A stretch of DNA of 64,000 nucleotides from the human T2T-CHM13v2.0 reference genome, Homo sapiens. Location of the stretch: NCBI RefSeq assembly GCF_009914755.1, contig NC_060930.1, one strand, 5' to 3'. Position 1 is the first letter of the stretch; each line of letters begins with the position of its first letter. A program made the translations under genes and the position numbers. The notes below the pieces were generated by a model. The model did not search any database. It was not told where the DNA came from and was given only the letters and a program-made list of their open reading frames with translations. This document shows positions 1 to 13,700 of the stretch, one piece after another.

Positions 1-329
1 ACCTTTCTTTCTCCTTAGCACAGGCTTCTTACACATTTTTGTCACCTTTTCACTCACTGTGTGATGGACAAAGCACAAAGCCAGTGGAACAAACAGGTGC
101 CATAGCTTTTTCCACCACTGTGGTTCACAGGACCCCATGCTGGTTCCTGACCACAATTATACACACCACAATTATATACATCACAGTCCATATTAATAGA
201 TGGAATCACATCCAATTTGTAACATAAGCATCACAGGGGGAATGCTCGTATGTATTGCCCATTCACTAGATGCCACATACTGGAAAGAGGGCAGTCCCTC
301 CTATCGCTGGGCCAGGAAAGGGGTTGTGA

Positions 330-830
330 AGTATTATACAAGGGGAAGAATGGGGTGCTATGGGAACCCAGAAAAGGTAGCAAATAACATAGTCCCTAGT
401 CCAAGGGCTTCGTGAGGAAGAGACTCTAAGCTGAGATTTCAAGAATGAGGGAAAGGTAGCCAGACAGTGCAGAGAGAGGAGCTGGGTTCTAAGGAGGAAG
501 AACAACATGTCTAAAGGCTGGAACAAAAAACAGAGTATGGCGCTTGAAGGAGGAAGTGCGATGGGACCGACGTGGGACGAATACAGGGCAACATGTGAGT
601 GATGAGGCTGGAGAGATAAGGAAGGTCCTCAAAACCTACGGAGCCAGGCTAAGGATTCTAGACTTTATCCTGAGGACCATGAGAACCCAGGGAGGGAGTT
701 AAGAAAAACAGAGATGTCAGCAGATTTCAAATACGAACAAATGTTCATTTTGGCTTCAAAGAGGAAAAACATGTTGGACCAGAACAACAATACATCTAGA
801 CAGGCCATTTAGGAGGTATATCATATGCCA
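330..830 (-). mobile_element. L2 fragment
   Basis: Purine-rich antisense L2 motifs (taagctgagatttcaagaatgag, gactttatcctgagg). Confidence 0.55.
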
Positions 831-1539
831 AACCACCCCAGCTCAGCAGAGCCACTCAGCTAAAACTCACACTTTGAGACCAGCCTTCCTCAAAAAATTC
901 AATCCCTAGGAAGTTGTTCCCAACCTTCCACTGGAAGAGCTATCCCCGGAGAAGAGCTACAACAGGAAACGAATCAGGGTAGCATCGTGCCTCTCTGGTT
1001 CCTACATGGATGAAAACCAGCGCCAAGGAGCCCATTCCTTAGCAGGGCAGCCTGCTACGTAGCAGAAATGTAAGACAGAAGTTGTGAAGACCCCGACCCC
1101 AGAGACTTGGATAATGGTTAGACTTTGGCCAGGCCTGAGATTCCTGACTGATCTCTTTAGGCCCTAGTCAGGGAGGCTGCCAGACATGTTTCTACCCACT
1201 GCTCCCAGGACAGGGCTCCCTGAGAAACACACAGGTCAGCAACGGAGGGTTGAGAACTGGGCAGAGAGGATGCCACAGCCAGGAAACCGGCACAGGGTGG
1301 GTGAGAATCAAGGAGTGAGGGGCAGGTGGGAGAAGGGGAAAGGGGCCCTTGGAAATAGAAAGACTGGGACTTCAACAGGAAACAGTTCCCAAGGGGAAAA
1401 GTGAGCAGAAGAAAGAAAGAGCTATTCCCAGCAAAGCCATCCAGTGGACCACTCGCCAGCCTGGTGCAGAATTTGAGCTGCGGTAATCTCATTTATTCCT
1501 GCCAGGTTGGCCCTGGGTACAAGTAGAAGAAAAGAGAGG

Positions 1540-2310
1540 CTGATCATATAAAAACTTGAACCGTTGTACAACAAAAAGCATCATCACTGAAATGAAAGGA
1601 CACTGGACTAGGGAAGTAGCTGTAGCAAATAGGACTTTTTAAATGGATTAATATCTAGAACATATAAAGAGCTCATATACATAGATTAGAAAACATCAAG
1701 ACTTCCATTTGCTAATTGTAAAAAGAACAATTAGTAAATAAACACAGATGGAAATGTTCCATCTCTGAGAGGGATCAAAGGAATGAAAACTTTAAAACCA
1801 AAGAGCCTATTAAATTAGCCAAAAAATAGTAAGTCCCACAATTATTAAGATTGAAGCTAGAGACATTCTTATATCATTAGTAACAATGTAAATTGGTACA
1901 GCCTTTTAGAAAGCAATTCAGAGCAAGCTCCCTCTAACTTAGTACTGAGCCTTCTGATGTGAGTGTGTCCTCGGTAAATACTTGTGTGCAAAGACATTCA
2001 CTGCGGCTTTACAACAGTAAACAATTAGAAACAACTCGAATGTCCAAAAATGATAGGAAACTTAAAAATTAAGATAAAACAACCTGATAGAATGTTATGT
2101 GATCCTTGCAAATGAGAACTGTATAGCTGAAGTTACTAAGAATGTTTATGCTAAATGGGAAACACAAAACTGAAAAAAAGATATAAGTTACATCATCAAG
2201 AACTAAAAAACAACACATAAAAATGAACTTGATTTATGGACTGGAATGGTGGAATCAAAGGGAACTTTTGCTTTTATTGGCTTTCCTTTATTATTGTAAG
2301 GTTTGGGCAA
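1540..2310 (+). mobile_element. Old L1 (L1ME-like) 3' fragment
   Basis: Motifs aatgtaaattggtacagccttttagaaagcaatt and aaacaactcgaatgtccaa. Confidence 0.6.
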
Positions 2311-2373
2311 TACATGTTTAAAAACATGGTATTTTTATCAGTCATGTGTAGTAAACACTCTTTTCTGTAGAGC

Positions 2374-2489
2374 AGAGCTACCTGCGGAAAACGTCACTGC
2401 CAGGTTAGTGGAGGGTGCTTAGTCCTTCCCAAGAGCTACCTGCAGAAAACGTCACTGACAGGTTAGTGGAGGGTGCTTAGTCCTTCCCA
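2374..2489. repeat. 58-bp tandem duplication (2 copies, 2 mismatches)
   Basis: agagctacctgc[g/a]gaaaacgtcactg[c/a]caggttagtggagggtgcttagtccttccca starts at 2374 and again at 2432. Confidence 0.95.
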
Positions 2490-2629
2490 AATTTCAAAGG
2501 TCCTTTTGAGATTCAAACTCTGCCTACTAAAACTGGCTGCTCTGAGAAGCTCCTCCTACCCTGACTATACCTCAAATGCAGCACTTTCCTTTGTTCTTGC
2601 TTTTTTTATTCAGCTCTTAAATGCTATGC

Positions 2630-2634
<5 letters not shown>

Positions 2635-2666
<32 letters not shown>
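2635..2666. repeat. (GT)16 microsatellite
   Basis: Read directly from the sequence. Confidence 0.95.
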
Positions 2667-2667
<1 letters not shown>

Positions 2668-2699
2668 TGTTTTTATTAGTTATTGAGATACTACCATAA

Positions 2700-2890
2700 G
2701 CAACATCTAGAGAGTGAGTGCACATTTAATCTTTCCAGTGATTCTGTGAGTTAGGTGATATTATCATCCCCATTCAACAGATGAGGAAATTGAGGATCAC
2801 AGATTTAAGGAATGTGACCTGGACCACAAAGCCAGGAGCCAGAGCCAGAAGGATTCAAGCCTCAATCTCCCTGACTTTAAAGCCTTCATT
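2700..2890 (-). mobile_element. MIR
   Basis: Core catccccattcaacagatgaggaaattgagg. Similar MIR relics lie at ~3580-3740, 5125-5300, 8540-8760, 29210-29360, 30890-31060, 37340-37530, 61520-61750 and 63070-63280. Confidence 0.7.
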
Positions 2891-5800
2891 TTCACCCTCC
2901 CTCTCTGTCTATGAAACAAATAAATTAAAACAACAAACCCTCTCAAATGTCACCTTTTCTATTTGCACTAGCTGCCTAAAGAAACTATTAATAATTGCAA
3001 TGAATCAAGAGGCATCTGTATGAACTGCTTATGAATTAACCAAAAAGACAAGGCAATGCTGCACACACTAATTGGGAAAGTTGACGCAGAAGAGAAAAGG
3101 AATTACCTAGAGACTAAAACCTGCACCTGCAGGTAAAACCAAATGACATCAAAACGATTTCTACTTGCAAATTAAAAGCAGAATATGGCCCTTGATATTA
3201 CTGCTTAGAAAAGCAGAGCTTCTGCACTCCTCTTGCAAAAAATAATCCCACAATCAGCTGAAAGATTCTTTCCAGTTATACTGCATTCCACCTCCAGAAA
3301 TGGATGTTGTTTGGGACATGGTAGCAAGAACAGTAAAAAGGAGCGGAGGAAGTATTCAGGTATGAAACTAATATAGATGGGGTGATAAATGAATTTAGGC
3401 ACCGCTTATGACTTACTCTATAAATAATGACATAATAATAGCTAAAATATAAATTCTAATTAAATACAAAATCTAACAAAGTCAAACAACAGCAAATGAT
3501 GTTTGACAGAAGCAAAGGTCTTGGGGGAGCCGGGAGCAAGAATTACAATAAAATCTATTCATGGAACTGTACAATGTCAGAGATAGAAGAGTCCCGAGAG
3601 ATCATTTCTTTCAACCTCCTTGTGTTTTGGAGACAGGAAAACTGAGACCCAGCAAGGTACAGTGAGTAGCACAAGTCATCCTGTTGCAGGGCAGGCAACA
3701 GAAACTGAGCCTCCAAACTACCAGTCCAACAGCACACCATACTCACTCTGTAGGGTCCTGGAAGACTACTCCATTTGAAACCATATTTTCAAAAGATCAT
3801 TAAACATTCTATACATATTAAATTCCTTTTTAATAATTTTCTAATGCACAGGGGCACATTTTAAAAAGAAGCCTGGTTTTGATTTCTTTTGGAAAACTGC
3901 ACGCTGCTCGGTGTTTAATCTGGTATTGAGTGAAATATTAACAGGCCATATAATGGTTTCACTGTTCCTTCAGTAAAGCTAAACAGAACTCGAAAAACAT
4001 ATCCCCCAGGCCTACAGTGGAGTTTCTGGAGCACACATTAAACTCCACGCTCTGCTCAACAAGCCCATCGCTGTTAAGTAACTCATCAGAAAATAAAGAG
4101 GGAATTACCAAAGGGGAATTGCCAAGCAATTAGTTCTCTGAAGCAGACGACATACAACTGTTACAGGGAGGAGCTTCCCGGTTAGTCATATGTCAGAGTC
4201 AGAGCCTACTAATCTGTAAATAAAAATGCATCACATATGATTACAGCTGTGATGTAGGCTGAAGCTGCCAGGCTAGGGCACGAATAGTAAATCTTGCATC
4301 CTCTTCTCGATTTCCGTGGGTCTGTAAAAGCAAGAGATGTTGCCTTGAAGACCAAAAAAAAAAAAAACAAAAGTCCTCAGTAATTTTTCACTCAGTGTAA
4401 GAAAGACAATCTGGCCTTCCCTAAGCCAGCTAAGAGAAAGTGATCTTTCTTCTCTATCATCTTGACATGAATGAGCTCAGATTCATTCACTGTTCTAGTG
4501 AAGGAGAGAAAATGAGACTGGGCGAGGCAGGGGCAGAGGGGATGTGAGTTCTAAGCTTCCTTATGGCCACCCTGACTAAAGCGTGACCTCCTTTTGCTGC
4601 ACGTTTTATTCTTAGAGCTTGCGTTCAGCGCCACACCACCACCTATCACACTGGAGAGACAAATAGTTCATATCTGCCAAATCTTGCAAGCTGAGCAATG
4701 ACCCAGTGAAGTTCTTTTAAGAGTCAAAAGTTCATCATCTCGCTGAGACTCTTGATGCTGAATAACATTTGGATCCAACTTAAGCCAATCCCCTGAAACG
4801 GATAAGCAAATTGCCACTGTCATCATTTTCTTCAATTAATAATTATTGAAAGTGCATAGGAATCTCAAGGAGATATGAGTAAGAGTGAAAGAAAGGGAGA
4901 AAACACCACAAAGCCTGCATGGGACAGCCTGTGTCAGAAAGCTCATATGTGACTGAACAGACAGGCAGGCATCAAAAGAGAAGGCTCCAAGGAAGGACCC
5001 TTCCTTGATCCTGACTTCCTAGACTGTGTTACCTGTGTCATGGCTCTTTAAATATTACTCCAAGCCATGCCTTGCCTTATGCACTCGACTGTAAGCTTCT
5101 TAAGGACAGGGCTTAAGGAACAGGGCTGAGAGTGTAGACTGGGATCCAAGCACGATTCTATCACTTAACAGCTGGGAAACCTTGGGGAAATTATTCACCC
5201 TCTCTGTGCCACAGTTTCCTCGCCTGTGCAATGGAGAAAATAATGATGCCTACCTCAAAGGACTGTAATGAGGATTCAATAAGTTAATATGCAGAATAGT
5301 AAATGTGAACTATTGATCATCTCCATATTCCCTAGAGGGCCTTGTTGGCATAATGCGTCTCATACATTAGATGCTCATTAAATAATTGCAGACAAGAACG
5401 ATCTGCCCCTGGAGTTGTTTGCTCCATCCCTCTTGTTCCTGTCTTAACCTTCTTGTCTTTGATGAAAGTTAAATAAGTCACTGCTTTTATTCTGAGCCCT
5501 TTTGGGCTACACAGAGAGCCCATCCTAACTAACTCAGCACCAAAAAAAAAAACCACAACTTAATCCTCAAATTTTCTCTCATTACATTAAATCAGACTGC
5601 TCACTAACATCATCGTAACATCATCTCCAGCCTTCTCTTTCACTTTACATCAGGAAGTCTTAGACTAACTTTCTCCCCAGACCCAAGATTCACCAATTCT
5701 ATATCTCTTTATTTTCTATAAAGTATAAATGGGAAGCCAAATTGTTCAAAGAGCTGTGTCTAGTAGCTAGGTATATACAGTATACACGCACGCACAAAAA

Positions 5801-6379
5801 CACACACATCTCACATTTTAAAGAGTCTGCAGAAAGCCTCCAGGGAATCCTCTAAAGTTACAAAACACACCCAAATTAATGTGGTTTATCAAAGTACAGT
5901 AAATGAATTGCCACAAATGAACAATTGCTACAGAGTCAAGTAGATGGCACATTGTGATTTACGCATATCATGTGAGATGAATAAATCAACGGTAGAAAAG
6001 ATCAAAGAAATGCTGGAATTGTTGTTAAGACGTACAGGGCTTCACTGAAAATCTTAATAAAACTGTTTAGAGGAAAATAGAAGGATCATTTGTTTAACGA
6101 GATACCGCATACGCTGAATTTCAAACGCAGCATTCATTTTTATACACACACACATTAGATTTAGCTAAAATTAGCTCAAGTTCCTATTTTTTTAAAGGTC
6201 TTAAAGGAAGAGAGGTTTTGACAAGATTTCATTGAACTGTAGTTCAGCACTGAGTTTCCAAGGTGCCTGAGCTGCAGAAGAGTCCTTATGGCCCACGCAT
6301 ACATCACCCAACTCCTCCAGCCACCCAGCCTCCTTCACCCCAGATCATGAAAAGAAGGCAGACGAAGGCCATGCCACAT

Positions 6380-7012
6380 CAATGTTGAAGCTACTCTCCG
6401 CTGCCTCTTACCTTCTCTCTACACATTCTACACCAGCTGACGTCATCCCTGAATTCAGTCATCCCCCTCCTGTGTGTCAAACTTTTTGCCAGGCCCAAGA
6501 ACCCAATTTCAAAGATCACTTTTATGCCAAGGACTCCTCCAAATTTATCTTCAGACTTGACCTCTCGGCAGTTTTATTCCCATACTCTCTACTGTCTGCT
6601 CGAATCCAGAAATTCAGATGTCCACCAGCACCTAGGCTTCAGTCAAAATGTCCTGGTCAGTTACATACCGTGCATTGGCTTGTTATGTCCCAGACACACA
6701 CATGGCCTTCCTCATGCTCCATCCATCTCTTCCCACAGAAATGCAATCTAGTCAGCAGAGCTCAACTCAAGTGATCCCTCCTCCTCAAAGTCTTTCCTGA
6801 TCACTCCTACTCAGCGTCACTCTTCTGAATTCCTTCACTGTTAGAACACTGTTAGAACCCCATTCTATTCGTATTCATTATTTCAGAGAGTTTCTTCTTT
6901 CCCCTGCCTGACCAGGAAGAAAATAACTGCCTTCCGGTAGCTCTTATTCACTTCCATTCCCACAGCACCATGCAGTAGTTTTAAAAAAATTCACAATGAA
7001 TAAATGAATGAA
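6380..7012 (+). mobile_element. L2 3' fragment
   Basis: Degenerate L2 motifs ending in aatgaataaatgaatgaat. Confidence 0.6.
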
Positions 7013-7599
7013 TCATTTCTTTACATAAATAGTGACTGTGAACAAGTTAGGTCATAACTTGCTATAGCTGTATCATATTTATAAAATAACTAGAACCAGA
7101 AAGAACTATAATGTAGGTTTAAGAAAAAAACTGAATGAATATAAAAGAGTACAACATGAATGATACTATTTTTCTGCCTACGTTGAGCCGTCAATCGTGA
7201 GGACTGTAATGAGGCCATTATTGATGCAAAATGTTTAGATAATGCTTATAAGCTTTCTTTAAATGCAATCATAGAAAATGTCAGCGCTTAAAATTCAAGG
7301 TGACTTTGCGCTACTTCGTCAGTATTTTAGTATTCATAAGACACTTAAACTTGCCTAACATACTATAAAAACCTAGGTCTCTTCTCAATAAGCTGCCCAT
7401 ATTGACCAAGAGATATGACTTTTTGCTGCCTGTTTTTTCACAATAAAATTCTTGAGATATTTCTGTTATCACAAATGACTCCCTTTCAACACCACAGGTT
7501 AAAAAAAATGCACGTGTACTCAACCCATTTGCAATTAAACTATTTCCCCAAAGATCTAAATGTGAGGATTTTCAGCCTAGCACATAACCGTTAAAATGA

Positions 7600-7983
<384 letters not shown>

Positions 7984-9008
7984 TGACACTTGTAGATCTT
8001 AAGAGGCTTACCTTTGCATGTAACTTTAGGTTACATTTCCACTTAAAGAACACCTCTCTAATCCACAGCCAATAAAATGTAAGGAATCCAGTTCCATATT
8101 TTACAAGAGTATCGTGTCTGTGATGACTCTTCCCTCCTCCACCTTGTCCCCCACTGGGACTTTTTTGGCTGTTTTTCCTGAGGCATAATACTTCAGTCAC
8201 TCAGGTTTTTGTTTATTTTTACTCAGACCACAAATAACCACATTTATGCATGCAATTCATCAGTTCATTTTACAACAATCTAAAAAAAAAAAACCACACA
8301 TGCATCCCATCAGTCAGAGAGTTGTGATAAATTCAGAATTTAAAATTCAGCAAAAACAAATAAAAGGCTCCTTGGCTTTGCAGAGCCGTAGATGTCTACA
8401 GGGTGGGTCCAAAGACCAAGGTCCAGGTATATTTACATATTTCTAGTCATGTATGGTTCAGGAGCAACCATCATAAAACATGACCATAACAATCAACCTG
8501 TTGAGGGATAAGTTACTTGATAGCATCTGTTAAAAGATACAAACCATACACCAGGTACTATTCTACCCACAGTATATCTACTATTTTACTCCAGTCCATC
8601 CTCACAGCAGCCCTATAAGAAAGTTCTAATATTACCTCCATCTTATACATGAATAAACTGAGGCATTGAAAGGACATAGGACTACTCAAGGTCATAGTGG
8701 CAGCTCCAGATCTTAAGTCCAGATGGGTTGATTACGGAGCTCCATGCTCTTATCTAAGATGCCAGAGAATTTATATGTAACTTAAAAATTGGCTCTTACG
8801 GTAAAGAGGCAGCTCTTTCTTCAAAGAAATCTGGTCAATCATTGTTTAAATGAACCTGTTATAAAGCAAATATCCATCTACCTCTTGAAAAATGAGTTTT
8901 GAAAATTCAAATTTTCAAATGGGAGATTTGCTAAAAGTAGAATGAGCTTCTCACCAACTAAGTCTACAGAACATAACTTAGGAAGAGTTGCTGGAAGACC
9001 GGCCGACC

Positions 9009-9163
9009 CAGGGGTTCCCAAACCTGTGGAGCATCAGTGCCTAGACAGATCAATGATTCCAGCAGGAAACATTCTGATTCATCAAGTCTAGGGTGGAGCT
9101 CCAAATTCTATTTTTTTAAGCTCTCCAGGTGATTCTGTTGCCTAGCCAGGCTTGGGAACCTCT
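9009..9163. mobile_element. MER5-family DNA transposon relic
   Basis: attctgattca...ctagggtggag...aagctctccaggtgattct. Similar copies lie at ~21062-21212, 38030-38190 and 61962-62232. Confidence 0.7.
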
Positions 9164-9922
9164 AATCTAGTCTGTCTTCACAGTTTCAAGCAGGTCCATT
9201 TCCAAGGCAAATAGAAATTGATCCCCTATTTTCTATTTCACAATCTCCCTTGGTTACATACACTCAAACCCTTGTGTTCCCAAGCCCTTACTGCCCCAAG
9301 TTCTAGCAAACCTCTTTTTCCTTCGTGATTTAATTTGAGGCAATATCCTCTGGCCCTTTCTTCAATAGAGAACCATGAGTCATCACCATTGCATACACCC
9401 TATGTCTGCATGACTCTCCAGGCCAGAAAAACTTACTGTACGTGGGAAAATCAGGAAGTTGTAAAATCCAAACAGACACAAAGAAATTCAAGATTCAACA
9501 AATACTGGTTCCCCTAAACAAATAGGTCTCTGTTTTGCTACGCACATATTATACTACAACAGTAATCTAAAATGCAAAAACTGTGACTTAAGATATCTGG
9601 TAGCATAACATTCTTAATTGTATTAAGGAAAACTGACAATTAAAATGATGAGGTTCAAGCCCCAATTGGCAATTATCAATCATCGCAAAGTCAAATGAAA
9701 GTCTTCATGAACATATAGATTAAACCAAATAGATAGATACTTTAATCGAAGTTTTAAAAAACAATCTTGGCAATTTCTCAACTTCCCACACTATGCCCAA
9801 ACAGAGTTTGCAAAGAAAATGATATTCAACAGCCAGGAGTAAGGGAGCATGGCTAGGAGGCAATTTTCCAGGTCAGGACTTTATCCTCAGATGGAAAACA
9901 GAGAGCATCGCAAAACTCTCAC

Positions 9923-10037
9923 CTGACATGTGATGCACTTCCCTGTAGTGGCAGTGGAGGAGGAGATTGCTGTACAAGGATGACAAACAAATCTGCAGCT
10001 TGAATGGACCACCCTGGTGACTTGATGCACGATGCTC
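9923..10037 (-). other. ATXN1: ATXN1 5'UTR exon 3 (115 nt)
   Basis: Acceptor ...ccattgcag|GAGCATC and donor CAG|GTGAGA; matches the recalled mRNA. Confidence 0.9.
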
Positions 10038-10745
10038 CTGCAATGGTCGAGGGAGTGCAGGAGAGGAAATCCAAAATGAAAAACAGAATAGACTGCTTTA
10101 AAAAATAAGTCCACCTTAAGTGTCTATGCACCGAAATACAAATTTTAAGAACATCACATTCGGCATTCTGTTGTATGAGAATTACACAGATCCCAGCCAG
10201 CTCAAAAGGCAGGTCTGGTTTTACTCAACAAGGCTCAGAGGGAGGCCAACATACAAAAAGGTCATCCCTTCCATCAAATTAAGAGGATGGTCTCCCCATT
10301 TGAGCCAGCCGCTGTCATTCTTTTCTCCAATGATTCTAGCCAATCATCTGATAAACACATGCTGGTAACTACAAGGAGTATCAGGTGAAAATGGGCATGG
10401 ATTGAATAGTAATTGAGCCAAAGCCTAATTTTAATGTGGCATATATTATCTATCAACATGCAACTTGAAACACAATGATGAAAGTGCACAGCTATTAGCA
10501 TACCAGTCCAATGGAATAGAAGAAAGGAAAAAATGCAGAAAAAAAGTGTAAAGTGTGCATTTATATTCACTAAACTTTCCACTAAACTTTAAATTATTTA
10601 AATACTGAATGTACATCTCATTTTCATTTTGCCACAATTCCTTGCACATGGTTAAGTAAAAATTTTCCATTGTATGATGAATGAGTGAATGTGTGAATGG
10701 ATGAATGAAAGAAAGAATGAATGAATCTTCCATATACCTTTCCAT
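9923..10745 (-). CDS. Putative spliced uORF, join(10738..10745, 9923..10037): MERSIVHQVTRVVHSSCRFVCHPCTAISSSTATTGKCITCQ, continuing into the next exon outside the window
   Basis: ATG at 10745-10743 (context CTGATGG); the frame stays open through exon 3. There is no evidence of translation from sequence alone. Confidence 0.35.
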
Positions 10746-10786
10746 CAGGGAGCTTGGTGCTTGTAGTAGTTTTTGTGAGGTAAAAC
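10738..10786 (-). other. ATXN1: ATXN1 5'UTR exon 2 (49-nt cassette exon carrying an upstream AUG)
   Basis: Acceptor cttcttccgtttctatgcatag|G and donor AAG|GTATAT. Recalled as present in some ATXN1 isoforms and skipped in others. Confidence 0.87.
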
Positions 10787-13700
10787 CTATGCATAGAAAC
10801 GGAAGAAGTTGAGGACTCGATCTGCTAACATATTTTTTTAGCCCTATCCATTAAAATTATATTCTTAAATACCGGTAATTACCAATTATCCACATTAAAC
10901 AGAAAAAAAAATTTTTTAAAAATCAGTAGCAGGGTTACTATAAAATCATCCCCAAACTAGTGAATGCTGGACTGATTTTCAGTCTTTGATTACTGGAGCT
11001 GATCTGCACATTTGCTTAGGCTGATTTTAAACTTAGTTTGGGTTTCCTAAGCTCACGCCAGGTAACAGTAGGAAGAAGGAGGCCCAGGTTTATATTGGAT
11101 GTCAGAAAGAAACTATTCTGGAGCTATGAATATGATCTCCAATGTGAATAATCCGTAAACAGGTAAGTGAGCCAATTATCCTTGGGTACATGGCAACACA
11201 TCTCGGTACTCATGATTATTTTCATCCATACACACTCACTATTTTTAAGAGCACAGCCCAGCTGGAAAGGAAAATAACTTCCACTTCTTTCCAGCACTTT
11301 TCAAAGTAATGAACAGTAGCCAAAATGTTCTTACTTCTAACTAATCCATTCACCAAGCATTTATTTAAGCATTGATTGCCTGCCGAGGACTGATATGCAA
11401 AAGAAGGAATTCTTGTAGTCCTTGGTTTCCCCACATGTGATCTGTGCGTACAGAGAAGGAAGGTAAGCTGTTATACACTATAAGGTCTTTCAGATCTTTA
11501 GAAGGCACAGTCCCTCCACCAAGAAGCCTGTTGAGTTACAAATATAAATAATGGCCAAGTTAAGTAGAAGTTGACAAAATTCTATTTAATCTTAGTACTT
11601 CTTTAAGGATGAGGAAGCAGGGAGGGAGGATCATGATGTCATCTCAAATTAAGCATCAAAATACTTGATTCTCAAATGAGGTGCAGGTACCATAAATTTA
11701 CAGACAGTGCTTTTTATGAGCTCACCAGTTGGGAGAGTGTTTGCCTATATGACAATGTGTGTGCACACAATCCTGTTTACATATCACCTGGCAGATAAGG
11801 TTTTATAGAGTCCAAGTTACAACCTCCTCCTAGTTTGCTGAAGTGCAGAGGAGGGTCAAACATGATGTAAATGCCATAGAAGATTACTTTACTCTTGCAT
11901 GAGTATGCTTTCTTATTTCAAAAGTATTTGTGTTGCTGCACTAGTTAGGATAATACAGAGAGTTTACATAACTTGTATTCCATCAGAGGGAAGAAGGCAA
12001 GAATACAAGCAAGGCAGCACGTATTCACTGCAAAAACTTACAAAATAATATACCAGAAAATAATTTATAGGACATTTTATACAATAATATACACCAAAAA
12101 TGGAATACTCAATATTTTTAAAACCCAGCAGAGCAACATAATACAATACTATTAATATTGGAAGATTAACAAGAAAGACGGCCTAAACAAAACTGAGGTA
12201 ATGGTCAGTAAGTACCAGGAGATAATGTGAGTGAGGGGAACAAAATTAAGGGCACAAGAAAATAAAGTTTGCCATACACAGTGACAGAAAAATATATTTT
12301 CTTTGAACGTTAGAAGGATAGATGCTATAGGTTAGTAGCTACAATAACTGTCACGAAAAACTTCTGCTACCTAACTCATTCAAAACTTGTCATGTTAAAG
12401 GGCACCTAAGTGTAAAAAAAAAAAAAAAGAGTTCCTCTTAGCCCAAATCAAAACATCACAATCGGGGAAACCTCTGCCCTCTTGAGTCTCAAATTCTGAG
12501 TACACTACCATGAATTTTCTGGAAAGTAATTTTCAGGTAGGATACAATTTTTGCTTACATTGTGGCAATTATCATTACATTTTCATTACTCCACAAATGG
12601 GATGCATTAAAAGTTACAGAAAAATCAATGAAACATTTCTGCTAACATGAAATATGTCAAACAAAATATAATGCTTGTTGCTTTTTTGTCCATAATTGTT
12701 CTCTCTAAACGTGTTTTGGTACATTTGGGATGGTAGTAATGCGTAATACAAATATTTATAGTACATTAGCCTGAAAGTTCAAATTATGAGCGTTATAAAA
12801 TATATTACTACACTAATAAAGACAAATATCCATAAATATAATTATAAAAGAATAAAATAAAAAACTTTCCATAAGATTTGTCTAAAACCATTCTTTTTAT
12901 TACTTCTGTAATTTTAAGCATTTATATATTTTTAAAAATCTCAATGTAATTACCGTTCTTTCAGCCAACATTTAAAAAATTCTGTAAAACTGACACTGTA
13001 TATCACTTCTTAAAAAAATTTTGAATGAGTACATTTATTTTATTAAACTAAATTACATGAAAATAAAATGTGAACATAATTGATGACTTAAAATTCTTAT
13101 CTTAGAAAAGGAAGTTCTATATGTAAGGTCCTAAAACAGAAATTATTATTTCTATTACCATTTCTACAATGTATTGCTTTCAATGCTTTTATCAAAATAA
13201 GGAGGGCCTGCTTCTGATAACCTTGGAAGTATGACCAGAACTAAATCTGTTATTTGAAGCAATTAAGCTGCACAGATCTAAATCTCTCACAGAAACTAAT
13301 CATTCGAACTATTGAATTACTCTGAAAATACAGAGCAAGGAAAGTCAAATAATCTATCTCTCCCCTAAAAATAATAGCCTGTCTTACTTCACTATTGTCA
13401 CTTTACCGATGCAAGTATTTAAGCTGTTCAGATCCTAATCTATGTGTTATTTTCAGATAACTACAGTTTAAAGAATTAACATTCACTCCCACATTTACCT
13501 ACTTACGTGAGTTTCAGAATTTTAGTAAAATATGTTTATTGCTTAACTTTTAATAGGAAACAAAATGAGTGTTAGTGTTAGTCATCAGAAACTGTCACTC
13601 AAGGTATGTGCAAAAAAGTAAAATCCACTTGACATTTCAGAATGAAAAACAATAAAGGCACAACATTATTCAAAGAAATGTGCGTCCTTGGACTCCATAA

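Noticed and set aside
5260-7214. 14-mer GGACTGTAATGAGG occurring twice
   Set aside because: One copy is in a MIR, and a 14-bp match is within chance or repeat expectation for 64 kb.
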